DNA of 64,000 nucleotides, from contig NW_003314265.1 of NCBI RefSeq assembly GCF_000143415.4, positions 3,277,383 to 3,341,382 on the forward strand, in the 5' to 3' direction. A model generated the notes under the pieces. The model made no database searches. It was not told the origin of the DNA and saw only the letters and a program-made list of their open reading frames with translations. Both the position numbers and the translations under genes were made by a program. This document shows positions 1 through 10,624 of this stretch, in pieces. The stretch is from Selaginella moellendorffii. Taxonomy: Eukaryota > Plantae > Lycopodiophyta. Every line of letters starts with the position of its first letter. Position 1 is the first letter of the stretch.

Positions 1-9
1 GCACAAATA

Positions 10-783
10 TTGTTTGAGAGATTCCCTTACCGTGACATGGTTGCGTGGTGTACGTTGCTAGCGGCATATGCCCAATGCGGGCATCTGGAGGACGCAAAGG
101 AGCTCTTTATGAAAATGCCCGTACATGACGTGCTCTCGTGGACCACCATGATACAATGGTACGGCTGGCGCGGCCACGTGGCCCAAGCGCAGCAGATGCT
201 GGAGCAAATGCCCGAACGCCACATGGATGCCGATGTGGCCGTCTTGGCCGCGCATGCCCAGGCCGGGCATATCGGCCAGGCGCGCGAACTCTTCGACGCG
301 ATGAAAGCCCCATTTCGCGATCTGGAGCTCTGGAACGCGATGATCGCCGGCTACGCGCGCAGCGGCCTTGGCGATGGCGCGCTGGATTTCTTCCGGGGGA
401 TGGAGCTCGAGGGGATTACGCCCAACGAGGCGAGCTTGGCGGCGATCCTGTTCGCGTGCAGCCATGGCGGGATTGGCATCGAGCGATTCGTGGCGATTGC
501 TCGAGACCACGGTGATGGATCGGAGAAAGAGGAGGAGAGCCTCAACCATTTCCTCCATGGCGTGGTGGATGCTCTAGCGCGGGCGGGGCGGCTGAGCGAG
601 GCGGAGGAGCTCCTCCATGCGATGCCGCATTTGCCCGAGGCGATGACTTGGAAGGCCGTGCTTAGTGCTTGCCGGATCCAATCCGATGTGGATCGCGGCA
701 AACGCATTGCCGCTGGCGCCGCTGGGGCGAATCCACACGACCCAGCGCCGTTCTCGCTCCTCTCTAGCATCTTCGCGGTCTAA
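10..783 (+). CDS. PLS-class PPR protein with E domain (5'-partial, runs off window start; possibly degenerate)
   Basis: PPR repeats (WCTLLAAYAQCGHLEDAK, WNAMIAGYARSG) and E motif (VVDALARAGRLSEAEELL...WKAVLSACR); no DYW domain. Confidence 0.85.
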   Translation: MFERFPYRDMVAWCTLLAAYAQCGHLEDAKELFMKMPVHDVLSWTTMIQWYGWRGHVAQAQQMLEQMPERHMDADVAVLAAHAQAGHIGQARELFDAMKAPFRDLELWNAMIAGYARSGLGDGALDFFRGMELEGITPNEASLAAILFACSHGGIGIERFVAIARDHGDGSEKEEESLNHFLHGVVDALARAGRLSEAEELLHAMPHLPEAMTWKAVLSACRIQSDVDRGKRIAAGAAGANPHDPAPFSLLSSIFAV

Positions 784-825
784 GAATTCACACACGATCC
801 ATGACACTGATCATAGCATCATCCA

Positions 826-3213
826 TTACCAGTAGTCTCCACAAGAACACTGGCCATCGCGAAACTTGTGGAACCGGCTGCTATCCCTGACGATGATCTC
901 TCGCCGCGCAATCGCCGAGATGAACTTCACGGCCGAGTGGCAGTCGTGGCAGATCCTCAGCGTGTTGAAGATCCGGAGCGTCGTCCCTGGAGCAGTAGCG
1001 ATCAACCCAAACGCGATGGCGAGCTTCTCGCTGTGGAGCCGGAGTAGCAGCTCCTTCTCCTTCTCCCCGACGTCGTGAAGAACTTCCTCGCTCTCTGGAA
1101 CGTAGCCGGCTTCCTTGATCTTGGGAGACAATCGCTGGAGCTCGGCGAAGATCTCTTGGAACCGCGGATGAGAATTGTCCCCAACGTTAAACTCGTGGAT
1201 CTGGTCCGCCACCTCGATCCAGCTGCTGCCCCGGCGCTTCTTCACGCCCCTGGCCACCATGGTGTTCCTCACGCTCGCCATGCCGGCTAAGTTCCCAGTG
1301 ACCGCGTGAACGTTGGAGAGGAGGACGTAGCTCGCGGGATCGACTGGATCGAGCTTAGTTATCTGTCCGGCTGCGTGAGTTGCTCGCTTGACATCTTTGT
1401 GGATCCTGGACGCCCCCAGCAGCGAGCTCCAGGTCACGTCGTTTGGTTCCACCGGCATTGCGTTGATGAGCTCCTCCGCGTCGCTGAGTCGTCCAGCGCG
1501 GCTGAGGAGATCGATGATGCAGCTGTAGTGGGCGATGTTTGGATGCATGGCGTAGTCGCTCTGGATCGAAATGAAGAGCTGCTTGCCTTGTTCTTGGAGG
1601 CCGGCGTGGCTGCAGGCGTAGAGAACCACCATGAAAGTTAGCTCGCTCGGCTCGGCGCCTTCGAGCTCCATCTCTTTGTAAAGCCCGAGAGCCAGTCCGT
1701 GCTCACCGTGCTTCGCATAGCCTGCAATCAAAGTCGTCCAGGCTAGAGTGTCTCTCGAGCTCATCTTGTCAAAGACTTGCCTGGCGCTCTCCAGATTTCC
1801 CCAGCGGCTGTACATGTTGACGAGCGATGTTGCCAAGACGAAGTCCGAGATCATTCCATCGGCTTCTATGTCGCTGTGAGCTTGCCTGGCATCAGCAAAG
1901 GCCCCCAGGCTCGCGCAGGCCGAGATGACGCAGCTGTAAATGATCTTGGTCGCTGGAACTTTGGTGGTGTTCTTCATCTCTCGGTAGAGTTCCAACACTC
2001 CAGTTCTGTGGCCTTGTTTCGAGTATCCTCCGATCAAAACTGTCCAAAGTCCCTCGTCCCTGTTCTCTATCTGATCAAACAAGCTCCTTGCTTCGTCAAG
2101 GCTGCCGTAGCTCGTGTACAAGTCCACCAGTGCTGTCCCATTGACGAGAGTGATCTTGTAACCATTTCCGAGGATCTGGTCGTGGACAGCTCTTCCCGCT
2201 CGGAGATCTCCCACACTTGCACAAGCGAGCAAAACGCTGGCGAAGGTGTAGTAGTTTGGACGGACTCCTTCCAGCTGCATCTTCGAGTAGAACTCTATCG
2301 CCTCGTCAAAGAGGTCTGTCTCTGCAAACGCTGCTATCATCGCGCTCCAGGAAACAACGTCTCGCCTGGGAAGCCTTTGGAAGATCTTCGCAGCGTCGTC
2401 CAAGCACTTGCAGCGAGCGTACATCGTCAGCAAAGCATTCTGCAAGGAAAGATCGAGCTCCGTGCCACGGGAAGAAATCAAAGCATGGATTTTTCTACCT
2501 TGATCCAGCAGACCCAAGTTGGAGCAGGCGCTCAGCACCGAGGTGAAAGTCCGGACGCTCGGTTCCACGTCCATGTCCTCGTAGAGTCGAATGGCCTCCT
2601 CAAAGTGCCCGCTTTGAGCGTATGCCGCAATCATGGCGTTCCACGAAGAAACGCTCCTCCCAGACATTCTCTCGAACAAGCGCTTGGCATCCTCCAAGCT
2701 CCCACATTTCGCGTACATGGTGAGCAAAGAGTTCTCCAAGATCACGTCCAGCTTCAAGCCTTTCGTCCCAGAAATCCGAGAGTGGATCGCTTTTCCCTCC
2801 TCAAGAGCTTTGATGCTGGCACAGGCGCCCAGAACGGTGGTATAGACCACGGGATTTGGCTGGAGATCCATCCTCTTGTAAAGATCCAAGGCGGCCCTGT
2901 AATGCCCGTTCTGAGCATATGCGGTAAGCATGCTACCCCAAGAGTAGTCGTTCTTCCTCGCGATCGCATCGAATGCCGCCCGGGCGCTGGCCACACTGCC
3001 GCATTTTCCATAGGCCCTGACGATCTCATTCCCCAGGAAGACATTGGCGCTAGCAGCGCCAGAGATGCGATCGTGGATTTGCCTCACACTTTCGAGATCC
3101 TGGCATTGGCGAAGGGCATCCCGGTAGTGGCCGCTAGAATCAAAACGAGATCCTGCCTTCTCCTCCTTGAGCTGGAATCTTCTTACCTTAGCCGGCGCCA
3201 GGCTGCGTTTCAT
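826..3213 (-). CDS. PLS-DYW PPR protein (organellar C-to-U RNA editing factor)
   Basis: Intronless ORF with a PLS array, E/E+ (GSSWIEV), and a DYW deaminase with HSEKLA, CHDCH and terminal CSCGDYW. Start placed at ATG 3213 (MKRSLAP); the ORF is open further upstream. Confidence 0.95.
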   Translation of the reverse strand: MKRSLAPAKVRRFQLKEEKAGSRFDSSGHYRDALRQCQDLESVRQIHDRISGAASANVFLGNEIVRAYGKCGSVASARAAFDAIARKNDYSWGSMLTAYAQNGHYRAALDLYKRMDLQPNPVVYTTVLGACASIKALEEGKAIHSRISGTKGLKLDVILENSLLTMYAKCGSLEDAKRLFERMSGRSVSSWNAMIAAYAQSGHFEEAIRLYEDMDVEPSVRTFTSVLSACSNLGLLDQGRKIHALISSRGTELDLSLQNALLTMYARCKCLDDAAKIFQRLPRRDVVSWSAMIAAFAETDLFDEAIEFYSKMQLEGVRPNYYTFASVLLACASVGDLRAGRAVHDQILGNGYKITLVNGTALVDLYTSYGSLDEARSLFDQIENRDEGLWTVLIGGYSKQGHRTGVLELYREMKNTTKVPATKIIYSCVISACASLGAFADARQAHSDIEADGMISDFVLATSLVNMYSRWGNLESARQVFDKMSSRDTLAWTTLIAGYAKHGEHGLALGLYKEMELEGAEPSELTFMVVLYACSHAGLQEQGKQLFISIQSDYAMHPNIAHYSCIIDLLSRAGRLSDAEELINAMPVEPNDVTWSSLLGASRIHKDVKRATHAAGQITKLDPVDPASYVLLSNVHAVTGNLAGMASVRNTMVARGVKKRRGSSWIEVADQIHEFNVGDNSHPRFQEIFAELQRLSPKIKEAGYVPESEEVLHDVGEKEKELLLRLHSEKLAIAFGLIATAPGTTLRIFNTLRICHDCHSAVKFISAIARREIIVRDSSRFHKFRDGQCSCGDYW

Positions 3214-3389
3214 GCCATCGCCCAGGAGCCCTAGAAATTTGCCGTTAGGATAGAATTTAGGGAATAAGAATATGCGCTCATTTTGCCGCTCAATGGATCT
3301 CTGGGCTAGGGTTCTATGATCGCGTGGAGCGAACGCCATGGCCCTAGATCGAGTGGAGCTGGGCGCCGGCCTGTGATGGTTCACGGCGG

Positions 3390-6300
3390 ATGGAGTCGGA
3401 GGTGAGTGAGGACCTGCTGGTGTTTGTGGAAGCCACATTTCTTTCCTGGTGTGATTTCCAGGCCCTATTGTGGTCGCAGCCCGACTGGACGGGGCATTTG
3501 GACGTCTACAAGGAGGACGCGCGTGTTTGGGAGAGGCGATTTTTCCTTTTACAGGGATCGTTTCTCTTCTCTTTCAAGAATGAGGTATTGTTTGTTCTTG
3601 CCTTATTTTTCGACCTCCAATTATGATTGCGATGGTTTCAGCTTGACAGAAGCTCCCCTTTGGGAGTCATTGCTCTCGAAGGATGTCAAGTCGAGGAAGT
3701 TCCTGGTGATGCCTCCCGAAAGCACAAGCTCGTTGTAAAGCTCGGTCCGGAATATGCTGCCTTTGGGAATCATGACCAGTATTTTCTTTCGACATCATCT
3801 TCTGAATCACTGGTTTGTACCTTTGTTTTTTTTTCTTTTGTGTAAAATTCTAATTTCCGTACCGCACTTCTTGTAGAGAAGTGCGATACGGAGACTGGAA
3901 GATGCATCAGATCCTCCAGAAGTTCTTTTTCGTACAGCAAATCTTTTTTGCATCACCCCGGCTATTGCTTCGTTTATTTATTTTATCTTTTTTGAAGGCT
4001 ATCTCAACAAAACGTGGGCTAGAGCTGGCGAGTTAAGACATCTTTTGGCCAAGTCTCCCAATGATAAGACAGAACTTGAATCTATCAAAAGCCTTGAAGC
4101 GCAATCTGTGAAGGTGAAGTTTCTTTTTCTCTTCTCGTTTTTTTCTTTCCACTGGCGAACTTGCTATTGAAACTTCCATTCTAATGTAGGTAACAGACGG
4201 AATTGGCTAAAACGTACGTGGAGAAGGAAGCGTTGCTCAAAAAAGTAGATAGACAGTGTGCCGAGGCAGATATAAAAGAAAAAGATTTGTGGAAAGTACA
4301 GATTCTCCGGGACATCTTAAACTCCAAGGGTTTGATATGCAGCTGGGTTGGACGTACATAAATAACAAAGTCATTGCAGGAAATGCGGGGGATGTCCTTT
4401 TAAAGCTACAAAAGGAAACTCGATTGACCAGGGATGCCGTTGAACTCTTGCAAAAGAGAGCAAACTATCTGCAAGGGCAAGGTCTTGAAGATGTAACAAT
4501 TTCTGATCTTGCATTGCTATTGACCGCTTTTAACTGCAATGTTTCTGTTCTACAGCTCTCTGAAGATTCTCGCAAGTCTCTGCATCGCAAGCTAAGGCTG
4601 GCCCTTGAGGCAATAAACGAGCGACATGCCAGGGTAGGATCGTATCACCATTTGCTGGTTTCTGAGTGCAGTTCATACAGATACGCGCTGAAGCTCCGCG
4701 GTACTCCTTTCCTGTGAACCCTCAGATATACTACCGAGGTGGCCATTCCAAGGTTAGTATTCTCAGAAGCATAACAGGTCTACACAGGACAATGACTCTC
4801 CCATCCCAATTCCAACGCTCGGTGTCACCAGCACCCTTCGTTCGTCCTCTTAGTCCTGCAACTCCAAAAAGTCCACGTAGACCACCCAGTCCTCTTTCCC
4901 CTCAGCTGCCAGAATCTAAACCTTCTTCACCGCCAATTCCTCCCACAGACAACTCAAAAACTAAAGAAGGAAAGCGGTTTTTCAACCCTTTAAAGCTGCT
5001 TCCATTTCACCTCAAGTCATTCTTTCCCAAGTCATCCAAGTCTGACAAACATATAAAGGTGTCAAAGCCAGCTGAATCTCCTCCAAAGTCACCTGTGTTA
5101 TCATCGAGAGAAAGTTTAAGCCATCCACATTTGACGACTTTTACGACTCCACTTTCGTCAGTTCCCAGAACTTCTGTCCAGTCATCACCTTATCCTCCTC
5201 ATTTTTCGCCACAATCCTTGAGAGGCATTCTTCCGTCTCATATGAAAGCGTCAGTCCAGCAGCCTAGCTCCCCACTCGTGCTTCAGAAACTCGGACCACG
5301 TACACTGTCGTTTCACCAGCAACAAGCAAAGCCAGTGTCATCCATTGATTCGTCTCGTACTTCTTCAACAGTTTCTTCACCAGTCTTTAAGCTATCGCCA
5401 TCTTCTCTGCGTGGAAAACTGCCTCCAAGCTCTAAGGCTAAAATACATAAGCCAGCAGACGAGCTCTTCCCTCCATTTGAGTTTAAAGTTCCAACAATAC
5501 CTTCTAAACTTCCCACTCCAGGCTTCACATCACTTTCAGCGTCATCTGCTGCAACCCCGCGCTTTTTATCTCCTGAACGTCAATCTTCGCCATCTCAGAA
5601 GTTTCTACCGACGGTAACACCATTCTCTTCAAAACTTGTGTCGTCTCCAGCTGCTGAATGTCCTCAAACGCCATCAACCTCTCAAACGCCACCAAAACTG
5701 CCACTAAGTTCACCTCAAACGCCGCCATCGCCATCTCAAACGCCACCTCCACAAGTTCCAATCTCTGGATCTTCTCCAAGTGTCCGGCCATCGATTCTAG
5801 CACAGCCGGCTGTTTCGGCTCGATCACCATCCAGTGTAACAGCAACTTCACCACCACATTCTCGAGCTCTGCCGCCATCTCCCGCTGCTCCTATAATTCC
5901 AGCTACTTCTCCTCGACAAGTTCCAGCTGCTCCCCCAGTTTCTCTTGAAGCTCCGAGAGTGTCTCCTCCTCGATCTCCAATTCTACCACCAAGACCCGAT
6001 GCTCAAGTTCCACCTCCGCCAGCTTTTCAAGTTCCATCAGCGTCTGTTCAACCTCGGCCAGCTCTTCAACTTTGTACTGCGTCCGGCCAACAACCGACGC
6101 CTCCGCCGCCTCCTATAGCTCCTCCCGGACCAACGTCACCTTCTCGATCTCCGCCTAAAGCTGCGAGTCCTCGAGCGCCAACTGTTCAAGGTCTGACTCT
6201 GCCTACATCGCCTTCGACGTCAACAACACTTGCTACTGGATCTATCCCAGCACCTCAACCGACGTCTCCACCGTCACACAAAGTTTCTTCACCGAAGTCA

Positions 6301-9300
6301 CCAGTACCTCAAGTTGGATCTTTGCGTGAAGCTCGAGCTCCGGTTCGACCTCTTGCAGCTCTTCAAGTTCCTGGTCCACAACCGAAGTCTCTACCTCCTT
6401 CTAAAGTTTCTCCACCTAAGTCACCACCACCTCAAGTCGGAGTACCATCTCGACAACCAGCACCACTAGCTGCTGTTCACGTTCCTGGTCCACAACCGGC
6501 TCCACCACCATCTAAAGTTTCTCCGCCGAAGTCACCACCACCTCAAGTTTCTGAAGCTCGAACTGCACCAGCTCCGCCTGCAGCTCTTCAGTCTTCACCG
6601 CCTTCCAAATCTTCGCCACCGAAGTCACCACCACCTTCCAAAGTTTCGCCACCAAAGTCACAACCACCTCAAGTTCCTGCAACTCGACAGCCAGCACTTG
6701 CAACTCTTCACGCTCCGGCTCCACCGAAGCCACCACCACCTCAAGCTCCTCAAGCTCGAGTTGCAACTCCTCCACCAGCACCGCCTGCAGCTCTACAACC
6801 CGCTTCACCGCCTAAAGTTTCTCCACATAAGTCCCCACCACCTCAAGCTCCTGAAGCTCGAGCTCCAACTCGACCACCAGCACCGCCTGCACCACTTCAC
6901 GCTCCTGATCCACAACTAGCTTCACCATCTAAAGTTTCTCCACCGAAGTCACCACCATCTCAAGCTCCTGAAGCTCAAGCTCCAACTCGACCACCAGCAC
7001 CACCAACTCCTGCCGCTCCAACTGTGTCCGGTTCACAATCGACGGTGACTCCACCTTTTCGACCTTCTCCCCCTGCGACTGCCTCTCCTCCTCGACCACA
7101 GTGGGTGCCTCTGACTTCTGCAGCTCTTCAAGTTCCGATTGTGGCTACATCTCCACATCAAGCTCTGAGTGTCTCTGCTCCTCGGGCTTCAGCACGACCA
7201 TCACCTTCTGCTGCTCAAGTGCCACTCCATGCTCAAGCTTCTTCTCCATCGGCATCACCACCTCGAACAGGATCTCTACTACCAGCGCGACCTCCAGTTG
7301 CTCATAGTTTATCTCCTCCACAAGCTCCACCAGGTACGTCGCCACCATCTCAGCTGCTTCTGAATTTCCACTTACAGGTGTTTCAAGTGTCTCTTCTCGA
7401 GCTCAAGCTCCAACAGCGTCTATCCCTCCGCCTCGAACACCAACATCGCCACCACCTTTGAGAGCTCCAGCGCCTCCTCCAGCACCTCCTCCGGTTCCCA
7501 TTGCGTCCGGCAGTGCTGTTGTAAACCGTCCAGCATTTACTCCGGGATCGCCACCTTTTCGAGCTCCTTCACAAGTTTTTCTGCCAACCATGTCTGGACC
7601 ACAGCGACCACAGCCGCAACCAGTTTCTTCTCATCCGCCGGCAGCACAAGCTCCTCAAGGACCTCGAGCTCCACCGCCGCTTCCGCAAGGGCCTCCTCGA
7701 GCTCCAATGCCGGTGCCTCCTTCTCAACGTCCGTTTGTTTCTCCGCAAGGTCGTCCTCTACCTGCAGCACCTCCTGCTATCAGTGCAGCCCCTCTTAGAC
7801 CGCCTCCTCCACTTCTTCAACGTCCACCATTTTCGAGTTCACCCCTGCAAGGTCCTCCACCACGTCCGGCTTTTGTTGCTCCACAGGCTTTGGGCCCTAC
7901 ACCTTCATCAGATCTCTATGCGCGCCCGGCAACTTTCCAGAGAATGCTTGCTCCACCGGGTTCTAGAACTCCACCGCCGCCGCCACCACTTCCTCCTCAA
8001 CGTGGCCAAGCACCAGGTCCACCGCCGACTCCAAGAATGCCAGGAACTGGAGCTATGCTCAGAGCACCCCTGGCAGCTGGTCCTGTAGAGCAAAGGCCGC
8101 CACCTCAACAGCCTTCACCGTTTCCAGCGGCAACACCTCAGCAAGGAGGGCCACCTCCATTTCCAGCAGCTAGACCACCTCAACAAACAGCACCATCTCC
8201 ATCTTCCGCGGGGCCTTCTCCTGGACTGTCACCATTTCAGGCGAGGGCAGCTCAAGGACCACCTCCACCTCCACTTCCGCCGCCTCCTCGTCCCTTTCCT
8301 TCTTCGCTGCAGCGAGGTCCTGGTCCTCCACAGCCATCGCAGCAGCGAGCTCCTGGTCCTCCACAGCCAGCGAGACCGTTGGCTCCATCTTCCCGAGCGG
8401 TAACTCCACAACCTTTAAGGCCGGATAAAGCAACAACACCACGTCCAGAGTTTAGGCCGCCAGCTCCAGGCGAGTTTAATGCTGCTAGAACTCCTCTCAG
8501 GCGGACCAGCTCTTCGCCGTCTCTTCTTCCGTCTGCGACTCCAGGGCCTTATCGTCCGCCACCACCGCCGCCACCACTTCCTCAGTGGCGCCCGCAAGCT
8601 TTGGTTACACCGCAAGTTATGACTCACAGCCAGAGCCAGCTACGTCCTGGACTTGCTGTTGATAATCGGTCCATGCAGCTCTTGGATGCGGTGAGCTTTG
8701 CAGCTCTGAATCTGCTCATGCACATCTACAATCAGGCAGAAGCTTTTGTACAGAAGAATCAACAGCGAGCTGTGGTGGAAACTTCTTCTGTCAAGGTATC
8801 ATTGTTCTATGTCGCTTGCCTCAAAGTTTTAAAGGTTTTTAACATCTACGTACCAGGGTAGCGATGTTTCTTCGGAGCTCAACTCTGGCACTGACGGTAG
8901 GCAACCTGAGCAGGAGAAATGTGATGGGATGACTCAAACGAGGGAATTTGAATCGGTTCGACGTGATGGAGCCACACAGACTGCAGGCCAAGGGGACCAA
9001 CCCCGTTATCCTTCACCTGGAGCGTCCCGGCGAAATCAAATGGCTGGGCCGTCAGCTCCACCAGTTTATGACTATAGAAGAGAGCCTCCTGCTCCACGAC
9101 GAAGGCCAAGGTACCAGCAGCAGCGAGCACTCTACCTTGGAAATCCTGCCGGGCTACGTCCTTTGCCAGCTCCAAAGCCTCGGAGACGTCTTGACATGTT
9201 TCATATTCTGAGGCCGCACATTGATCGGAGCTACTACACCGAAGATGACGATCCGTATATGCGGAGAAGGAACAGAGGTATGCGAGAAGAGTTTTACTAT

Positions 9301-9600
9301 CCGGAAGAATGGGAATCGTGGAGTCCTGTAAGAAGACAGGTTCAGCAGCGAGTAGTTCTGAGGGAGGAAGACGATGAGGTTGATCTCAAGCAGCAGCAGG
9401 AAAAACACAAGCAGGATCAAAACGTTCAAGTTTTGAGTCCCCAGTCCTCGGCTCGCTCTGTTGTTTCGTCGAGACAGACCTCCGCATCCTCGACCGAGTC
9501 TGACGATGACAACGGTGCATCAACTTCGTTGCCAGAGATTTCCATCGACCTGACGTGCACTTACGAATTTGGTTTCGCTGGTGGCGGTCGGAGAAAATGA
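3390..9600 (+). CDS. Multi-exon gene: N-terminal PH domain, coiled coil, very long Pro/Ser/Ala-rich region, basic/acidic C-terminus
   Basis: PH-like motifs (WTGHLDVYKE..WERRFFLLQGSFLFSFK / PLGVIALEGCQVE) are joined by GT-AG intron 3585-3641. Coiled-coil exons lie at about 4000-4630, followed by Pro-rich ORFs 4666-7461 and 7458-8861. Candidate introns 7334-7377, 8691-8735 and 8796-8856 keep frame into the ORF ending at 9600. Middle exon boundaries are uncertain. Confidence 0.65.
6260..7010 (+). repeat. Coding tandem repeat encoding about 8 KVSPPKSPPPQ-type units
   Basis: Recurrent aaagtttctcc(a/g)cc(g/t)aagtcaccaccacctcaag units in the 4666-7461 ORF. Confidence 0.8.
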
Positions 9601-9655
9601 AGTTTTATCACCTCAGGTAGCTTCTTTCTTTCGTCTTTTGGGTAGGGCTTCAACA

Positions 9656-10588
9656 ATGGCTTGGATGTTCCAACAGGTCCGCTGGAGAATGAGTTGGGCG
9701 AGGAAGCATCGTGACCAAGACCTCTGGGACGCTCTCAACGATCTCAAAGATGAGCTCCATTTCAAGCAGGCGGTCGTTCGGTTCGAGCGTAAGCAGGAAA
9801 TCCTTCACTCGTGGCCGGAGGAGCACCTCCAGTTGGAAGGCCCCAAGTCGGAAGACACACGGCTCATGGGCGACTCGCTGCTCCAAGGCTGGCAAAGCGG
9901 CATTCCTCCACAACGCTCACTTGCATGGTATGTGGCTCAAAAGCGCCCCGTGAATCCAACAATGGTCGCTCAAGTTCTTCACAGGTGCCGGACTCCTTTT
10001 GTCGCGTGGGAGTTTTTCGACTGGGCTAGGAAGTTGCCTGGATACCAACACACTGGAGCTACTTGCGCTATGCTCTTCCGGGTGTATTTTCTGTCTGGCT
10101 ATCCCAACGCAGCTATGAAGTTCTTCAAGGAACAAGTTCCTAGTCTGTGCAACCCAACTGAGATCCTCTACAACGTTCTCATTCAGGGGCTGTGCTTAGC
10201 TGGGAAGATGCAAGAGGCGATCAACCTTTATGAAGAGATGACTGGAGTTTGTGGAGTTCCTCGTCCCGGGAGAAACACCAACCTCATTCTCAGGGATGGA
10301 CTTATTCACAATGGCTACCTTTCAGAGGCAGAGGAGTTTGAAAAGAAACTAGATCTACGTAAGGGAGGCAGCAGTGCAACAAAGGCTACAGACTTCGTTA
10401 AGCTTCGAAGGAAAATCTGGAGATCAAAGTTATCGGAGAAAGAGCTCATTCACCAATGTCGCAATCCGGAGGTTCAACAACAGGGATTGCTAAAAAGACG
10501 GCGGAGACCATTAAAGAAGAAAAGGACCTTCAAACCTCCACGTCCAAAACGAAGAGAGCCTCACGCCGAATTTGCAAGCTTAAGCTGA
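9656..10588 (+). CDS. Short P-type PPR protein with basic C-terminal tail
   Basis: Typical pre-PPR motif AWEFFDWARKLPGYQH and PPR YNVLIQGLCLAGKMQEAINLYEEM; first ATG at 9656. Confidence 0.75.
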   Translation: MAWMFQQVRWRMSWARKHRDQDLWDALNDLKDELHFKQAVVRFERKQEILHSWPEEHLQLEGPKSEDTRLMGDSLLQGWQSGIPPQRSLAWYVAQKRPVNPTMVAQVLHRCRTPFVAWEFFDWARKLPGYQHTGATCAMLFRVYFLSGYPNAAMKFFKEQVPSLCNPTEILYNVLIQGLCLAGKMQEAINLYEEMTGVCGVPRPGRNTNLILRDGLIHNGYLSEAEEFEKKLDLRKGGSSATKATDFVKLRRKIWRSKLSEKELIHQCRNPEVQQQGLLKRRRRPLKKKRTFKPPRPKRREPHAEFASLS

Positions 10589-10624
10589 AAGGTGACACTT
10601 GCTCCGATATCTTAAAGTCAAACA

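Noticed and set aside
1777-3234. 485-aa plus-strand ORF
   Set aside because: Antisense shadow of the DYW-PPR CDS; no independent motifs.
4666-8861. Extensin or formin call for the Pro-rich ORFs
   Set aside because: No signal peptide, no Tyr cross-link motifs and no FH2 domain.
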